Positions 26,965-36,081 of a stretch of DNA of 40,097 nucleotides are shown piece after piece. The stretch lies in NCBI GenBank assembly GCA_018062285.1, contig JAGOSO010000006.1, positions 1 through 40,097 on the forward strand, written 5' to 3'. The notes beneath the pieces were generated by a model, which saw nothing but the letters and a program-made list of their open reading frames with translations, did not search any database and had not been told where the DNA came from. The DNA comes from Minisyncoccota bacterium (GTDB lineage Bacteria > Patescibacteriota > Minisyncoccia > 2-02-FULL-40-12 > GWA2-44-9). How positions within the stretch are numbered: position 1 is the stretch's first letter; each line of letters begins with the position of its first letter. The position numbers and the translations under genes were made by a program.

Positions 26965-27382
26965 AATTGTAATATTTACTGATGGTGGAGCAAGAGGGAA
27001 TCCAGGACCAGCTGGTATCGGAATTGTTATTACTGGATTGTCGGCAGGGAAGCAGGCCTTCGGAGAATTTATTGGTAAGACCACAAACAACGAAGCTGAA
27101 TATCGCGCTTTGATTACAGCACTACAAAAAGTGGTCGAGTTGTCATCGGGAGATGATTTAGAAAAAATTGATTGCTATGCCGACAGTGAATTGATGGTCA
27201 AGCAATTAAAAGGGGAATATAAAGTTAAGGACAGTAATTTGCGTAATCTGTTTATGGAAGTTTTGAAACTCAAATCAGCGTTGAAAGTGCCAGTGTCTTT
27301 CCATCACGTCAAAAGGGCCAAGAATGCCGAAGCTGACGCTATCTATAACGAAGTTCTTGATGCAGTTGTTGGCGCAAAATAG
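26954..27382 (+). CDS. rnhA: Ribonuclease HI family protein
   Basis: FTDGGARGNPG, TNNEAEY, DSELMVKQ, N.EAD. Confidence 0.88.
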   Translation: MKNKIVIFTDGGARGNPGPAGIGIVITGLSAGKQAFGEFIGKTTNNEAEYRALITALQKVVELSSGDDLEKIDCYADSELMVKQLKGEYKVKDSNLRNLFMEVLKLKSALKVPVSFHHVKRAKNAEADAIYNEVLDAVVGAK

Positions 27383-27420
27383 TGATTGGTAAAACTCATA
27401 TTTTTGTGTTATAATGGTTG

Positions 27421-27801
27421 GAGTATGTAGACAATCGCTTCTGTGCTTTCGGGTGCAGGGGAGGAAAGTCCGGGCACTATCTTGTCTCGCAAGAGACAGA
27501 TAAAACGGTAGTGGGTAATCCCCATCTACAGTAATGTAAGAGGTGCGAACAGAGACGTCTTGGTTCGAAAGGACCAGAGAGCTAAACCCAGATCATTGAT
27601 TTATCAAAGATCATAGCTTAGTTCCAATCGGGGATACAAGATTGGAGGTGAAACGGCCAAATCCTTACTGGAGTGCAAGATCAAATTCCGATTTATCGGA
27701 ATAAAAGTAGATCGCTTGAGTCTGGCAGTAATGCCAAGACCAGATAAATGGTTGTCCGGTCGTCGCAAGACGACTATACAGAACCCGGCTTATCGCATGC
27801 T
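27421..27801 (+). ncRNA. rnpB: RNase P RNA
   Basis: GAGGAAAGTCCGGGC (27461-27475) and ACAGAACCCGGCTTA form P4; P1, P2, P5 and P7 pairings can be traced; TGtTATAAT lies upstream. Confidence 0.95.
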
Positions 27802-27836
27802 AAATCAAACTCCCGCTTCGGCGGGAGTTTGATTTA
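27801..27836. terminator. Terminator after rnpB
   Basis: Perfect 16-bp stem with TTCG loop. Confidence 0.88.
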
Positions 27837-27874
27837 GATTGAAAAAGAGTGCTGGACATGTTAGTATTTATATT

Positions 27875-29269
27875 GTGAAAAAAGCAGATCTATTTTTTAA
27901 CGTTATTCGGTTGCCAGTGGACTTCGGGATGCTCATCCTGTCCGGCCTCGCTACTTACTTGCTCCGAACTCAGTTGTTGGTCGGTTTAAGACCGGTTTAT
28001 TTTGAGTTTAATTTACCGTTACTTTCTTACCTTTCTTTGGTTGCGATCGTCGGGCTTGTTTTTATCGGCGCCTACGCAATCTCTGGATTGTATTCAATGA
28101 AGTATCGTATTGGTAAAGCAGAAGAAGTTCTTCGTGTAATCGTGGCTTCTTCGGCGGGTATCATGCTCGTTATAGTTTTTATCTTCTTGCAACAGGCCCT
28201 GTTCAATTCTCGTTTCTTGGTTTTGGGAGCCTGGGTGATGGCCATGATTTTTGTCATTATGGGGCGCCTGTTGATTCGTTATTTTCAGCATGTTGCAGTG
28301 GCTCGTTATGGCTTCGGTATCCAAAGGGTGATTATAATTGGCAATGATGCTGTGGCAGAGGGCTTGAAAGAAAGATTAACCAGACGTTTGGATTCTGGTT
28401 ATCGCATTGTTGATCACTGGGATACACCAAAGCTCGACATGCTAGAAAGTATCAAGAATGATGTAGATGAAATTTTGCTGGTTACTCCACATTATGCCGA
28501 TTTGACCGTAGTCGATTTAGTTGATTTTTGTCACGAGCATCACATTATCTTTAAATTCGTTCCTAATTTATATCAAACTCTTACAAAGCATCTCGATGTC
28601 GATACTATTGGCACAGTGCCCGTTATTGAACTCAAACGTACTCGTCTCGATGGTTGGGGCAGAGTATTTAAGCGCGTCTTAGATATTATTATTTCTGGTT
28701 TGGGTTTGATAATTTTATCTCCAGTGTTTTTGATCGTGGCAATATTTGTAAAAACGGAGACTCGCGGACCAGTGTTTATTAGGCAGGAAAGGGTTAGTGG
28801 GAAAAACAAATTTATTCTTTTTAAATTTAGAAGCATGATCTCCGTTGACCCAGACGGTTCGGCCGATTCTTTGAAAGAGAGTTTGCATGATTTAAATGAA
28901 CGACAGTCTGGTCCACTTTTTAAAATTAAAGACGACCCTCGCATAACTAAGGTCGGAAGGTTTATCCGCAGAACAAGAATAGACGAGTTCCCTCAGTTCT
29001 GGAATGTTTTAAGGGGTGATATTAGTCTTGTTGGCCCACGCCCTCATCTATCCAGCGAGATTATTCACTACGAAAAACACCACAAGAAAGTATTGGCAAT
29101 TAAGGCCGGGGCAACTGGTTTGGCTCAAGTTTCTGGTAGCTCCGATTTGCCGTTTGATGAAGAAGTTAAGCTCGATAGTTTCTATATTGAGAACTGGTCA
29201 ATGGCTATGGACCTAAGGATTATTTTCCGGACGGTCTTTAAGATGTTGCGCGATCACTCGGCAGTGTAG
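27875..29269 (+). CDS. Undecaprenyl-phosphate sugar phosphotransferase (WcaJ/WbaP/CpsE family)
   Basis: N-terminal TMs, KRVLD, FKFRSM, DPRITKVGRFIRRTRIDEFPQ, SLVGPRP. GTG 27875 lies 7 nt after TTGAAA-17-TAGTAT. Confidence 0.92.
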   Translation: MKKADLFFNVIRLPVDFGMLILSGLATYLLRTQLLVGLRPVYFEFNLPLLSYLSLVAIVGLVFIGAYAISGLYSMKYRIGKAEEVLRVIVASSAGIMLVIVFIFLQQALFNSRFLVLGAWVMAMIFVIMGRLLIRYFQHVAVARYGFGIQRVIIIGNDAVAEGLKERLTRRLDSGYRIVDHWDTPKLDMLESIKNDVDEILLVTPHYADLTVVDLVDFCHEHHIIFKFVPNLYQTLTKHLDVDTIGTVPVIELKRTRLDGWGRVFKRVLDIIISGLGLIILSPVFLIVAIFVKTETRGPVFIRQERVSGKNKFILFKFRSMISVDPDGSADSLKESLHDLNERQSGPLFKIKDDPRITKVGRFIRRTRIDEFPQFWNVLRGDISLVGPRPHLSSEIIHYEKHHKKVLAIKAGATGLAQVSGSSDLPFDEEVKLDSFYIENWSMAMDLRIIFRTVFKMLRDHSAV

Positions 29270-29281
29270 TAGGCTAACAGC

Positions 29282-30367
29282 ATGCGCATTGCCTTCGTCC
29301 ATGAGTATCTAAACCAATTCGGTGGTGCCGAAAGAACCCTCTCTGTTTTATCAGAGATGTTCCCATCTGCTCCGATATATACCCTTATTTATAGCGAACA
29401 GGCGACTAAGGGTTTGTTTAAAGACAGGAACATCAAGACTTCATTCCTTCAAAAATTCCCCAATGCTGTTAGCCACCACGAGTGGTATCCAATGTTGATG
29501 CCTTTGGCCATGGAACAGTTTGATTTCTCTGAATATGATGTAATTATCTCCGTCTCAGCTTCTTTTGCGAAAGGCGTTATCACTAAACCGACCACGCGCC
29601 ATATTTGTTATTGCCTGACTCCACCTAGATTCCTTTGGGATAATAGTCAAAAATTCAGCAAAGATTTTGGATTCCCGTTTATTATTAAGCTCGTCAGCCA
29701 GCCCCTTATTTCTTATTTGAGAATGTGGGATCAATCCGCGGCTGATCGTGTGGATGAATTCTGGAAGATATCAAACTTCGTGGGTCGAAGAATCGAAAAA
29801 TATTATCATAAAAAAGCGCATCTAATTTATCCGCCCGTTGATATTTCAAAATTTCCATTAGCCCAAGAATATCCGAGGGATTATTTTTTAATGGCTGGTC
29901 GTCTTGTTTCCTATAAAAAATTTGATGTGGCAGTTCGGGCTTTTAACAAGCTTGGTTTACCTCTTAAAATAATCGGTACTGGCCCAGAGTTGAAAAAGCT
30001 CAAAAAGATGTCCAGCCCTAATGTGCAATTTTTAGGCCAAGTAAGTGACGAAAAATTGGGTGAGTATTATCGAGGTGCTAAAGCTCTTATTTTCCCTCAA
30101 GAGGAAGATTTCGGTATTGTCCCGCTTGAGGCAATGGCTTCTGGTCGGCCCGTGATCTCTTATCGTGGTGGTGGAGCAGAGGAGACAATCGCTGAAAATA
30201 AAACCGGTATATTCTTTGATCAGCAAACGCCGGAATCGATTATTGAGGCGGTTAAATCTTTTTCTTCCAAAAAATTTGATCCATCTGAGTGTCGCGCTCA
30301 GGCTGAAAAATTTAGCATAGAAGTTTTTAAGGATGCGATTTTATCAGCAATTAATCTCAAACCATAA
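29282..30367 (+). CDS. GT4 (group 1) glycosyltransferase
   Basis: HEYLNQFGGAER, GRLVSYK, EDFGIVPLEAMASGRPV. Confidence 0.9.
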   Translation: MRIAFVHEYLNQFGGAERTLSVLSEMFPSAPIYTLIYSEQATKGLFKDRNIKTSFLQKFPNAVSHHEWYPMLMPLAMEQFDFSEYDVIISVSASFAKGVITKPTTRHICYCLTPPRFLWDNSQKFSKDFGFPFIIKLVSQPLISYLRMWDQSAADRVDEFWKISNFVGRRIEKYYHKKAHLIYPPVDISKFPLAQEYPRDYFLMAGRLVSYKKFDVAVRAFNKLGLPLKIIGTGPELKKLKKMSSPNVQFLGQVSDEKLGEYYRGAKALIFPQEEDFGIVPLEAMASGRPVISYRGGGAEETIAENKTGIFFDQQTPESIIEAVKSFSSKKFDPSECRAQAEKFSIEVFKDAILSAINLKP

Positions 30368-30370
30368 AAC

Positions 30371-31501
30371 ATGATCATTGGAGTCGATATCCGCCCCATG
30401 GCTGGCCCCAAGACTGGGATACAAGAATATACTGAGCAGATTCTAAAAAATATGATCTTGCTCGGCTCAGAGCATAAGTTCAAATTGTTCTTCTCTTCTT
30501 TTTCTGGGCAAGCACCAAGAAGGCCCTGGATGGATGCGCCGAATGTGGAATTGGTTGAATATCGCATTTCAAGTAATCTTTTATTTTTGGTAGGTAAAAT
30601 ATTTGGATATCCATTTATTGACGATTTGATTGGTGGGGCTGATGTCTTTTTCTCACCTCATTTTTTTATGGCCCCACTTTCTAAAAAATGCCGACGGGTT
30701 ACTACTTTTCACGATCTTTCCTATCTTAGATTCCCCAATTTTTTCACTTGGCGGAAACTTTGGTGGCACAATGTGGAAATGAGTCCCCATTGGCAAGCCA
30801 GATTTTCCAATCATATTATTTCTGTTTCTGAATCCACAAAAGCCGATCTCGTTAAATTTTACGATATAGATCCAGTTAATATTTCAGTGGTTCATTCTGG
30901 CGTTAATGTTTCTCGCCCCGTTGAGAATGTCCTAAGGGTTTTTAAAAAAGAAAATAATCTTCCTGATAGATATATTTTGCATGTTGGTACTATTGAGCCT
31001 CGAAAAAATATTACTGGCCTAATCCGCGCCTTTAATATTTTAAAAGAAGACTTAGATTACGATGATGTGGAACTTGTTTTGGTTGGTAAGGATGGGTGGC
31101 ATATTGAAGAAGTTCTGAGCGAAATTCAAAATTCTCCTCATAAAAATAAAATAAGACGTCTGGGTCACGTTGGGGGAGACCTGGCCCCTTATTATGGACT
31201 GGCAACAGTTTGTGTTTGCCCATCTTTTTTTGAAGGATTTGGATTTCCTGTTTTAGAAGCGATGGCTTGTGGTTTGCCGGTTATTTCTTCAGCTACTTCT
31301 TCTTTGCCGGAGGTGGCGGGCAATTCGGCAATTTATATAAACCCTTACAATGTCTCAGAAATAGTCGAGGCTCTCAAACTTGTTCTTTCTTCGGAGTGGC
31401 TAAGGGATAAAATGGCAAAAGAGGGTCTGTTAATTTCAAATAAATTTAGTTGGATTGGCACCGCTCGCCAAAGCCTGGCCATATTAACTCGTAAGCAATA
31501 A
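30371..31501 (+). CDS. GT4 (group 1) glycosyltransferase
   Basis: TFHDL, VGTIEPRKN, PSFFEGFGFPVLEAMACG. Confidence 0.9.
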   Translation: MIIGVDIRPMAGPKTGIQEYTEQILKNMILLGSEHKFKLFFSSFSGQAPRRPWMDAPNVELVEYRISSNLLFLVGKIFGYPFIDDLIGGADVFFSPHFFMAPLSKKCRRVTTFHDLSYLRFPNFFTWRKLWWHNVEMSPHWQARFSNHIISVSESTKADLVKFYDIDPVNISVVHSGVNVSRPVENVLRVFKKENNLPDRYILHVGTIEPRKNITGLIRAFNILKEDLDYDDVELVLVGKDGWHIEEVLSEIQNSPHKNKIRRLGHVGGDLAPYYGLATVCVCPSFFEGFGFPVLEAMACGLPVISSATSSLPEVAGNSAIYINPYNVSEIVEALKLVLSSEWLRDKMAKEGLLISNKFSWIGTARQSLAILTRKQ

Positions 31502-31545
31502 ATCATCCACAGATACTAAGGGGATAAGTGTTATATACTTAGAAT

Positions 31546-34173
31546 ATGCCCCCTTCTACCCGAATGCCATTTGGGGCCATATTCGATGTTAAGCCGGTGG
31601 ATGATTCCGGCTCTCTTGATTTTGACAAAATCAACTCCGTCCAACCAACGGTTAATTTGTCGTCTTTCCGTCCTAAAAAATTAATTAGAAATCAAAAACC
31701 AGCTTCAGTTTCAGCTCAGAAATCTTATTCTGCCGTGCTTCCTCAGGCCCAAGAATTACCGCCAGTGATTGGTTTGCCATCAAAACAAGATATTAAAGAC
31801 CAATTCGACGAATTGATGAGCCATGATTTAGATCTTGGTGTTGAGTTGGCCAAAGTTTCCATGGGGGGCAAGGGCATAGAAACGAGTCGGGCAATAAGAT
31901 TGAGTCGCCCAAGATTTAAAATAGCCCAAAGCAATATTCCTGAGTTGGCCAAGCCCGAAGAAGAGGATTTGTATGCCCCAATTATTTCTAGCATACATCA
32001 CTCAGCGACAATAATTTCTAGGGAAGAATACGAAAAACCAGTAGAGCCTGTTGCCGAAGAGGTCTCGATATATCAAGAAAATAATTTGCCTGCAGAACTA
32101 TCCGAATCTGCTGAGTTGGATGTGCGTGCTTTATTTTACAGCCCCGCTCCAGCCGTATCGGTTTTACCTGTTATGTCCACTGCTCCTAAGATGGACTTTA
32201 AGACCAGGGTCATATCGACACCTAAAATTAAAAAAACTTTTAAGTGGCCCAAGATAGTAATTCCCAAAAGGTATCTTTTGCTAATAGGCGCAATCATTAT
32301 TGCTTCTGGGATAGTGACTCGCTATGCTTTAGGTATTAAAAAACAAATTGTGCAACAGAGTTCAGAAGCTGTTGCAAATCTCCAGACGGCACAGGAGGAT
32401 TTAAAGGCTTTAGATTTTGGTAATGCCTCTCAGGATTTCTTTTCGGCTTACGCTAATTTTTCCAAGGCGGGCGATAGTCTTAATTTGTTTGGTGCGGGTA
32501 TTACAAACATTATTGCTTCTCTTCCTGGTGGAAGCTCTTTGAAATCAGCCAAGAATTTGGTTCAGGTCGGACAATTACTTTCATCTGTCGGCACATCAAT
32601 GACTTCAGCCCTTAATGCTGTTTCAAAAACTGGGGCTTTGTCTAATCCCACAAACCCTCAGTTGCCAGTTGGTCCAATCGTCGGAGCCTTAAAGAAAGCT
32701 CTTCTTGCGTCAAAGCAACAAGTTGCTCAAGCAAGCTCTTTGATGGCTGACATTGATAGTAGTATTATCCCAGCCGATAAACAGGATGGTTTTAACGATT
32801 TAAAAATAAAGTTGCCTGAAATTGAAAGAGGGGTAAATATGAGTGCAGATTATGCTAAATTTTTTGATAACTTAATTAATTCCCCAGGCTATCATCGGTA
32901 TTTGGTGATGTTCCAAAATGGTTCAGAATTAAGACCAACCGGGGGATTCCCTGGAACTTACGGAGTCGTGGGTTTCAAAGATGGTTTGCTCGATAGTTTC
33001 TTTGTTGACGATGTCTACAATATAGATGGCCAACTAAAAGAAAATATAATTCCACCAATCCAAATGCAGCACATTACCCCAAATTGGGGCATGCGTGATG
33101 CTAACTGGTATGTAGATTTTTCTGCTTCTGCAAAAAATATAGAGAAATTTTATAAAAAAGAAGCTGACCTTAAAATTGATGGAGTTATTGTTGTGAACCC
33201 AGAAATGATTGCTAAGATTTTAGATATTGTTGGCCCCGTGGAAATGACTCAGTACAATCTAACACTTAACGCCAAGAATGTTTTGACGACTATCCAAAGC
33301 CAGGTGGAGTATGGCGCTAATCGTGTTCAGCCAAAACAGATTGTTAAAGATTTTGCCCCATTATTACTATCAAAGATTTACAGCGCCGGTTCCGATAAGT
33401 GGATACAAATTTTTGATACCGTAATTCAAAGCATGAATCAGAAAAATGTTTTGATGAGTTTTAACGATTTGTCTTTGGAAAGTTTTGTGACCGACAAGGG
33501 TTTTGGTGGCCAAGTCCACCAAGGAGACGCTGATTATCTAATGGCTACCCTCACCAATATTAAAGGCTCAAAGACTGACGCAGTTACTGACACTTCCATG
33601 ACCGTCGATACTACATTCGACAATACAACAGCAATTCACACATTAACCATTACACGTAAGCACAATGGTGGGGGAGAGAAATATGGTTTTTATAATAAAC
33701 AAAATCCGTCCTATGCTCGTGTCTTGGTCCCAGATGGGTCTGAGTTGATTTCTGTGTCTGGTAATGACCAACCAAATTTTAAACCATTGATAAATTATGC
33801 TGGCTCTAATTTTGTGAGAGATGAAACTTTGGTTAAGTTTGAAGCTAGCGGCAAGACAGACCCCGTAACTGGCGTAACAACTTATCACGAATCTGGAAAA
33901 ACAGAGTTTGGTTTCTGGTTAATCACAGACCCTGGCAAAACCAAAACAGTATCCATTCAGTATCGTGTTCCAAAAGCTTTAACCGGCAAGACATATCAGT
34001 TGTATATTCAAAAGCAGCCAGCCCTAAAGGTTAAAAGCTTTACCTTCTCAATGCAGAAGCCAGAAGGCTTAACTCCTGACGCTTCTGCTCCTTTGTTAAC
34101 CCAGAAAGATTCTTCATATAGTTATTCCGCTCCTCTTGAAAACGACTTAACCGTTAAGGTTAATTTTAAGTAG
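31546..34173 (+). CDS. DUF4012 domain membrane-anchored protein
   Basis: About 240-aa low-complexity N-terminus, single TM, helical region, then YLVMFQN.SELRPTGGF, RDANW..DF, DGVIVVNP, N..G.K.D. Confidence 0.8.
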   Translation: MPPSTRMPFGAIFDVKPVDDSGSLDFDKINSVQPTVNLSSFRPKKLIRNQKPASVSAQKSYSAVLPQAQELPPVIGLPSKQDIKDQFDELMSHDLDLGVELAKVSMGGKGIETSRAIRLSRPRFKIAQSNIPELAKPEEEDLYAPIISSIHHSATIISREEYEKPVEPVAEEVSIYQENNLPAELSESAELDVRALFYSPAPAVSVLPVMSTAPKMDFKTRVISTPKIKKTFKWPKIVIPKRYLLLIGAIIIASGIVTRYALGIKKQIVQQSSEAVANLQTAQEDLKALDFGNASQDFFSAYANFSKAGDSLNLFGAGITNIIASLPGGSSLKSAKNLVQVGQLLSSVGTSMTSALNAVSKTGALSNPTNPQLPVGPIVGALKKALLASKQQVAQASSLMADIDSSIIPADKQDGFNDLKIKLPEIERGVNMSADYAKFFDNLINSPGYHRYLVMFQNGSELRPTGGFPGTYGVVGFKDGLLDSFFVDDVYNIDGQLKENIIPPIQMQHITPNWGMRDANWYVDFSASAKNIEKFYKKEADLKIDGVIVVNPEMIAKILDIVGPVEMTQYNLTLNAKNVLTTIQSQVEYGANRVQPKQIVKDFAPLLLSKIYSAGSDKWIQIFDTVIQSMNQKNVLMSFNDLSLESFVTDKGFGGQVHQGDADYLMATLTNIKGSKTDAVTDTSMTVDTTFDNTTAIHTLTITRKHNGGGEKYGFYNKQNPSYARVLVPDGSELISVSGNDQPNFKPLINYAGSNFVRDETLVKFEASGKTDPVTGVTTYHESGKTEFGFWLITDPGKTKTVSIQYRVPKALTGKTYQLYIQKQPALKVKSFTFSMQKPEGLTPDASAPLLTQKDSSYSYSAPLENDLTVKVNFK

Positions 34174-34207
34174 ATGTTTGAGGTAACAACTGCTATACTC
34201 TAGGGCA

Positions 34208-35536
34208 ATGTTTAAATCTAAGATATTACGTTCAGGTGTTATTCTTGGGGCCTTTAGCTTCTTGGCCTCATTGGTTGGATTGTTGCGAGATAGAATTTTT
34301 ACTTCTGAGTTCGGCGCATCAAGGACTTTGGATATTTATTACAGTGCCTTTAAAGTGCCGGATTTAGTTTTTAATATATTGCTCTTGGGGGCGGTGTCTT
34401 CGGCTTTCTTGCCTGTTTTTATCAGTGAGTTTAAGCGTGATGAATCCAGTGCTTGGCGCATAGCTCATAATTTTACAACCATAACTTTTGGTTTGGTTTT
34501 GTTTTTCTCGGCTTTATTGTGGGTGTTTGCTGGTTCCTTTGCCTCTTTAATCGCCCCAGGTTTTATTGGCGCAGATCGCCAGTTGGTTGTCTCACTTACT
34601 CGAATAATGCTTTTGTCTCCGATTCTTTTTTCTTTGAGCACTATTTGTGGTTCGATACTGCAATCATTTGAAAGATTCTGGGCCTACGCCATTGCTCCTG
34701 TTTTATATAACGTCGGAATTATTTTAGGCGCAATTTATTTGGTGCCGATTTTTCGGTCCCATGGCTATCCAGAAGTTTATGGCTTGGGATGGGGAGTGGT
34801 GCTCGGTGCGTTCATGCATTTTGTTTTGCAGTACGTTGCGGCTCGAAGAGCTGGCTTTAGATTTAAAACTGTTTTCGACTTAGGCGACCATAATTTCAGA
34901 AAGATTTTCCGATTAATGATCCCAAGAACTATTGGGTTGGGGGCCTATAGTATTGATTCGACCGTCATTAATGCCATCGCTTCTACTTTGGGGGTGGGAA
35001 GTATTGCTGTTTTGAATGTGGCAAACAATATTCAATTTGTCCCTATCTCCATGGTCGGTATCTCAATGGCCATCGCCGTATTTCCAAGATTGTCCCAGCA
35101 TGCTTCTTCTGATGAACATGGCGAATTCAAGGATAAAATAAAGCAGTCACTGGTAAATTCTTTATTAATAGTTGTACCCCTTTCTCTTGCCGGATTTTTC
35201 TTGGCCCATTGGGGGATTAGCTTGTTGTTCGGCGCAGGTCTTTACCAAGGCTCAAGCGTTGATTTAACGGCCAAGGTTTTGATGGCTTTCATGATTGGTA
35301 TCCCTGCCCAAAGTGTTATTCCAATTTTGTCCCGGGCTTTCTATGCTCTTCAAAATACTCGTATCCCAGTTAGTATTTCGATTGCATCAATAATGGTGAA
35401 CTGGTTGGGCGCCTGGTTGTTTGGAATTCACTATCATTGGGGTGTTGTGGGCTTGGCCATGGCCTTTTCTGTGGCCGGGAACATTAACGCCATATTGCTT
35501 TGGTTATTCTTGCGACGTTACCAAAAAATGGTATAA
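34208..35536 (+). CDS. murJ: MurJ/MviN family flippase, C-terminally shortened
   Basis: GLLRD..F..FGA, AF.VPD, AFLPVF, APVLYN, SRAFYA...TR.P. Confidence 0.85.
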   Translation: MFKSKILRSGVILGAFSFLASLVGLLRDRIFTSEFGASRTLDIYYSAFKVPDLVFNILLLGAVSSAFLPVFISEFKRDESSAWRIAHNFTTITFGLVLFFSALLWVFAGSFASLIAPGFIGADRQLVVSLTRIMLLSPILFSLSTICGSILQSFERFWAYAIAPVLYNVGIILGAIYLVPIFRSHGYPEVYGLGWGVVLGAFMHFVLQYVAARRAGFRFKTVFDLGDHNFRKIFRLMIPRTIGLGAYSIDSTVINAIASTLGVGSIAVLNVANNIQFVPISMVGISMAIAVFPRLSQHASSDEHGEFKDKIKQSLVNSLLIVVPLSLAGFFLAHWGISLLFGAGLYQGSSVDLTAKVLMAFMIGIPAQSVIPILSRAFYALQNTRIPVSISIASIMVNWLGAWLFGIHYHWGVVGLAMAFSVAGNINAILLWLFLRRYQKMV

Positions 35537-35551
35537 TAGGCCAACAATCAC

Positions 35552-36013
35552 ATGAGCCCAGAAAGAAACTTATTTGATGACCCAGAGCCAGTAACCACAA
35601 CGGATCACAATCCTGATCCAGACGTTTGGCGTCATCACCCAGCGATGCCAACTCGGCCTGATGTTTTACCAAAATCTTCTAGAGGGACCCACTCCAATCC
35701 TGGGGTCGTGGCAGAAGAATTGCCTGAGCGTGGGGATAGACCAGAAGAAATCCCCAAACCTGACAGTCTAAATACTGGTTGGGTAGAAAATTTCCCAGAG
35801 TTGTTCGATTTGAATACTGGTCATTTGATTTATGGAATTATTGAGGCGTATGCTGATTATCAGAAATCAAAAATCTCTGACGACCAAAAAGGAATCGATG
35901 CCTTCCATAAGTTTGTCCAAGAATATTTGGGTGGCGGCAGAATTGGTTCTGTGGTCCATCATTTCTTGAAATGTAAACATTGTAGAGACCTTCGTGATGG
36001 AAAAACGCCTTAA
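35552..36013 (+). CDS. Hypothetical protein with C-terminal HxxxCxxC
   Basis: 153-aa ORF behind TGgTATAAT (35529-35537); Pro/acidic N-terminus. Confidence 0.65.
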   Translation: MSPERNLFDDPEPVTTTDHNPDPDVWRHHPAMPTRPDVLPKSSRGTHSNPGVVAEELPERGDRPEEIPKPDSLNTGWVENFPELFDLNTGHLIYGIIEAYADYQKSKISDDQKGIDAFHKFVQEYLGGGRIGSVVHHFLKCKHCRDLRDGKTP

Positions 36014-36081
36014 GATCCAATTCTTAAAAAGCCGTATCCTCAAGCTGGTCCCATTTAATGCGGGATCAAGTTTTTATAAAC

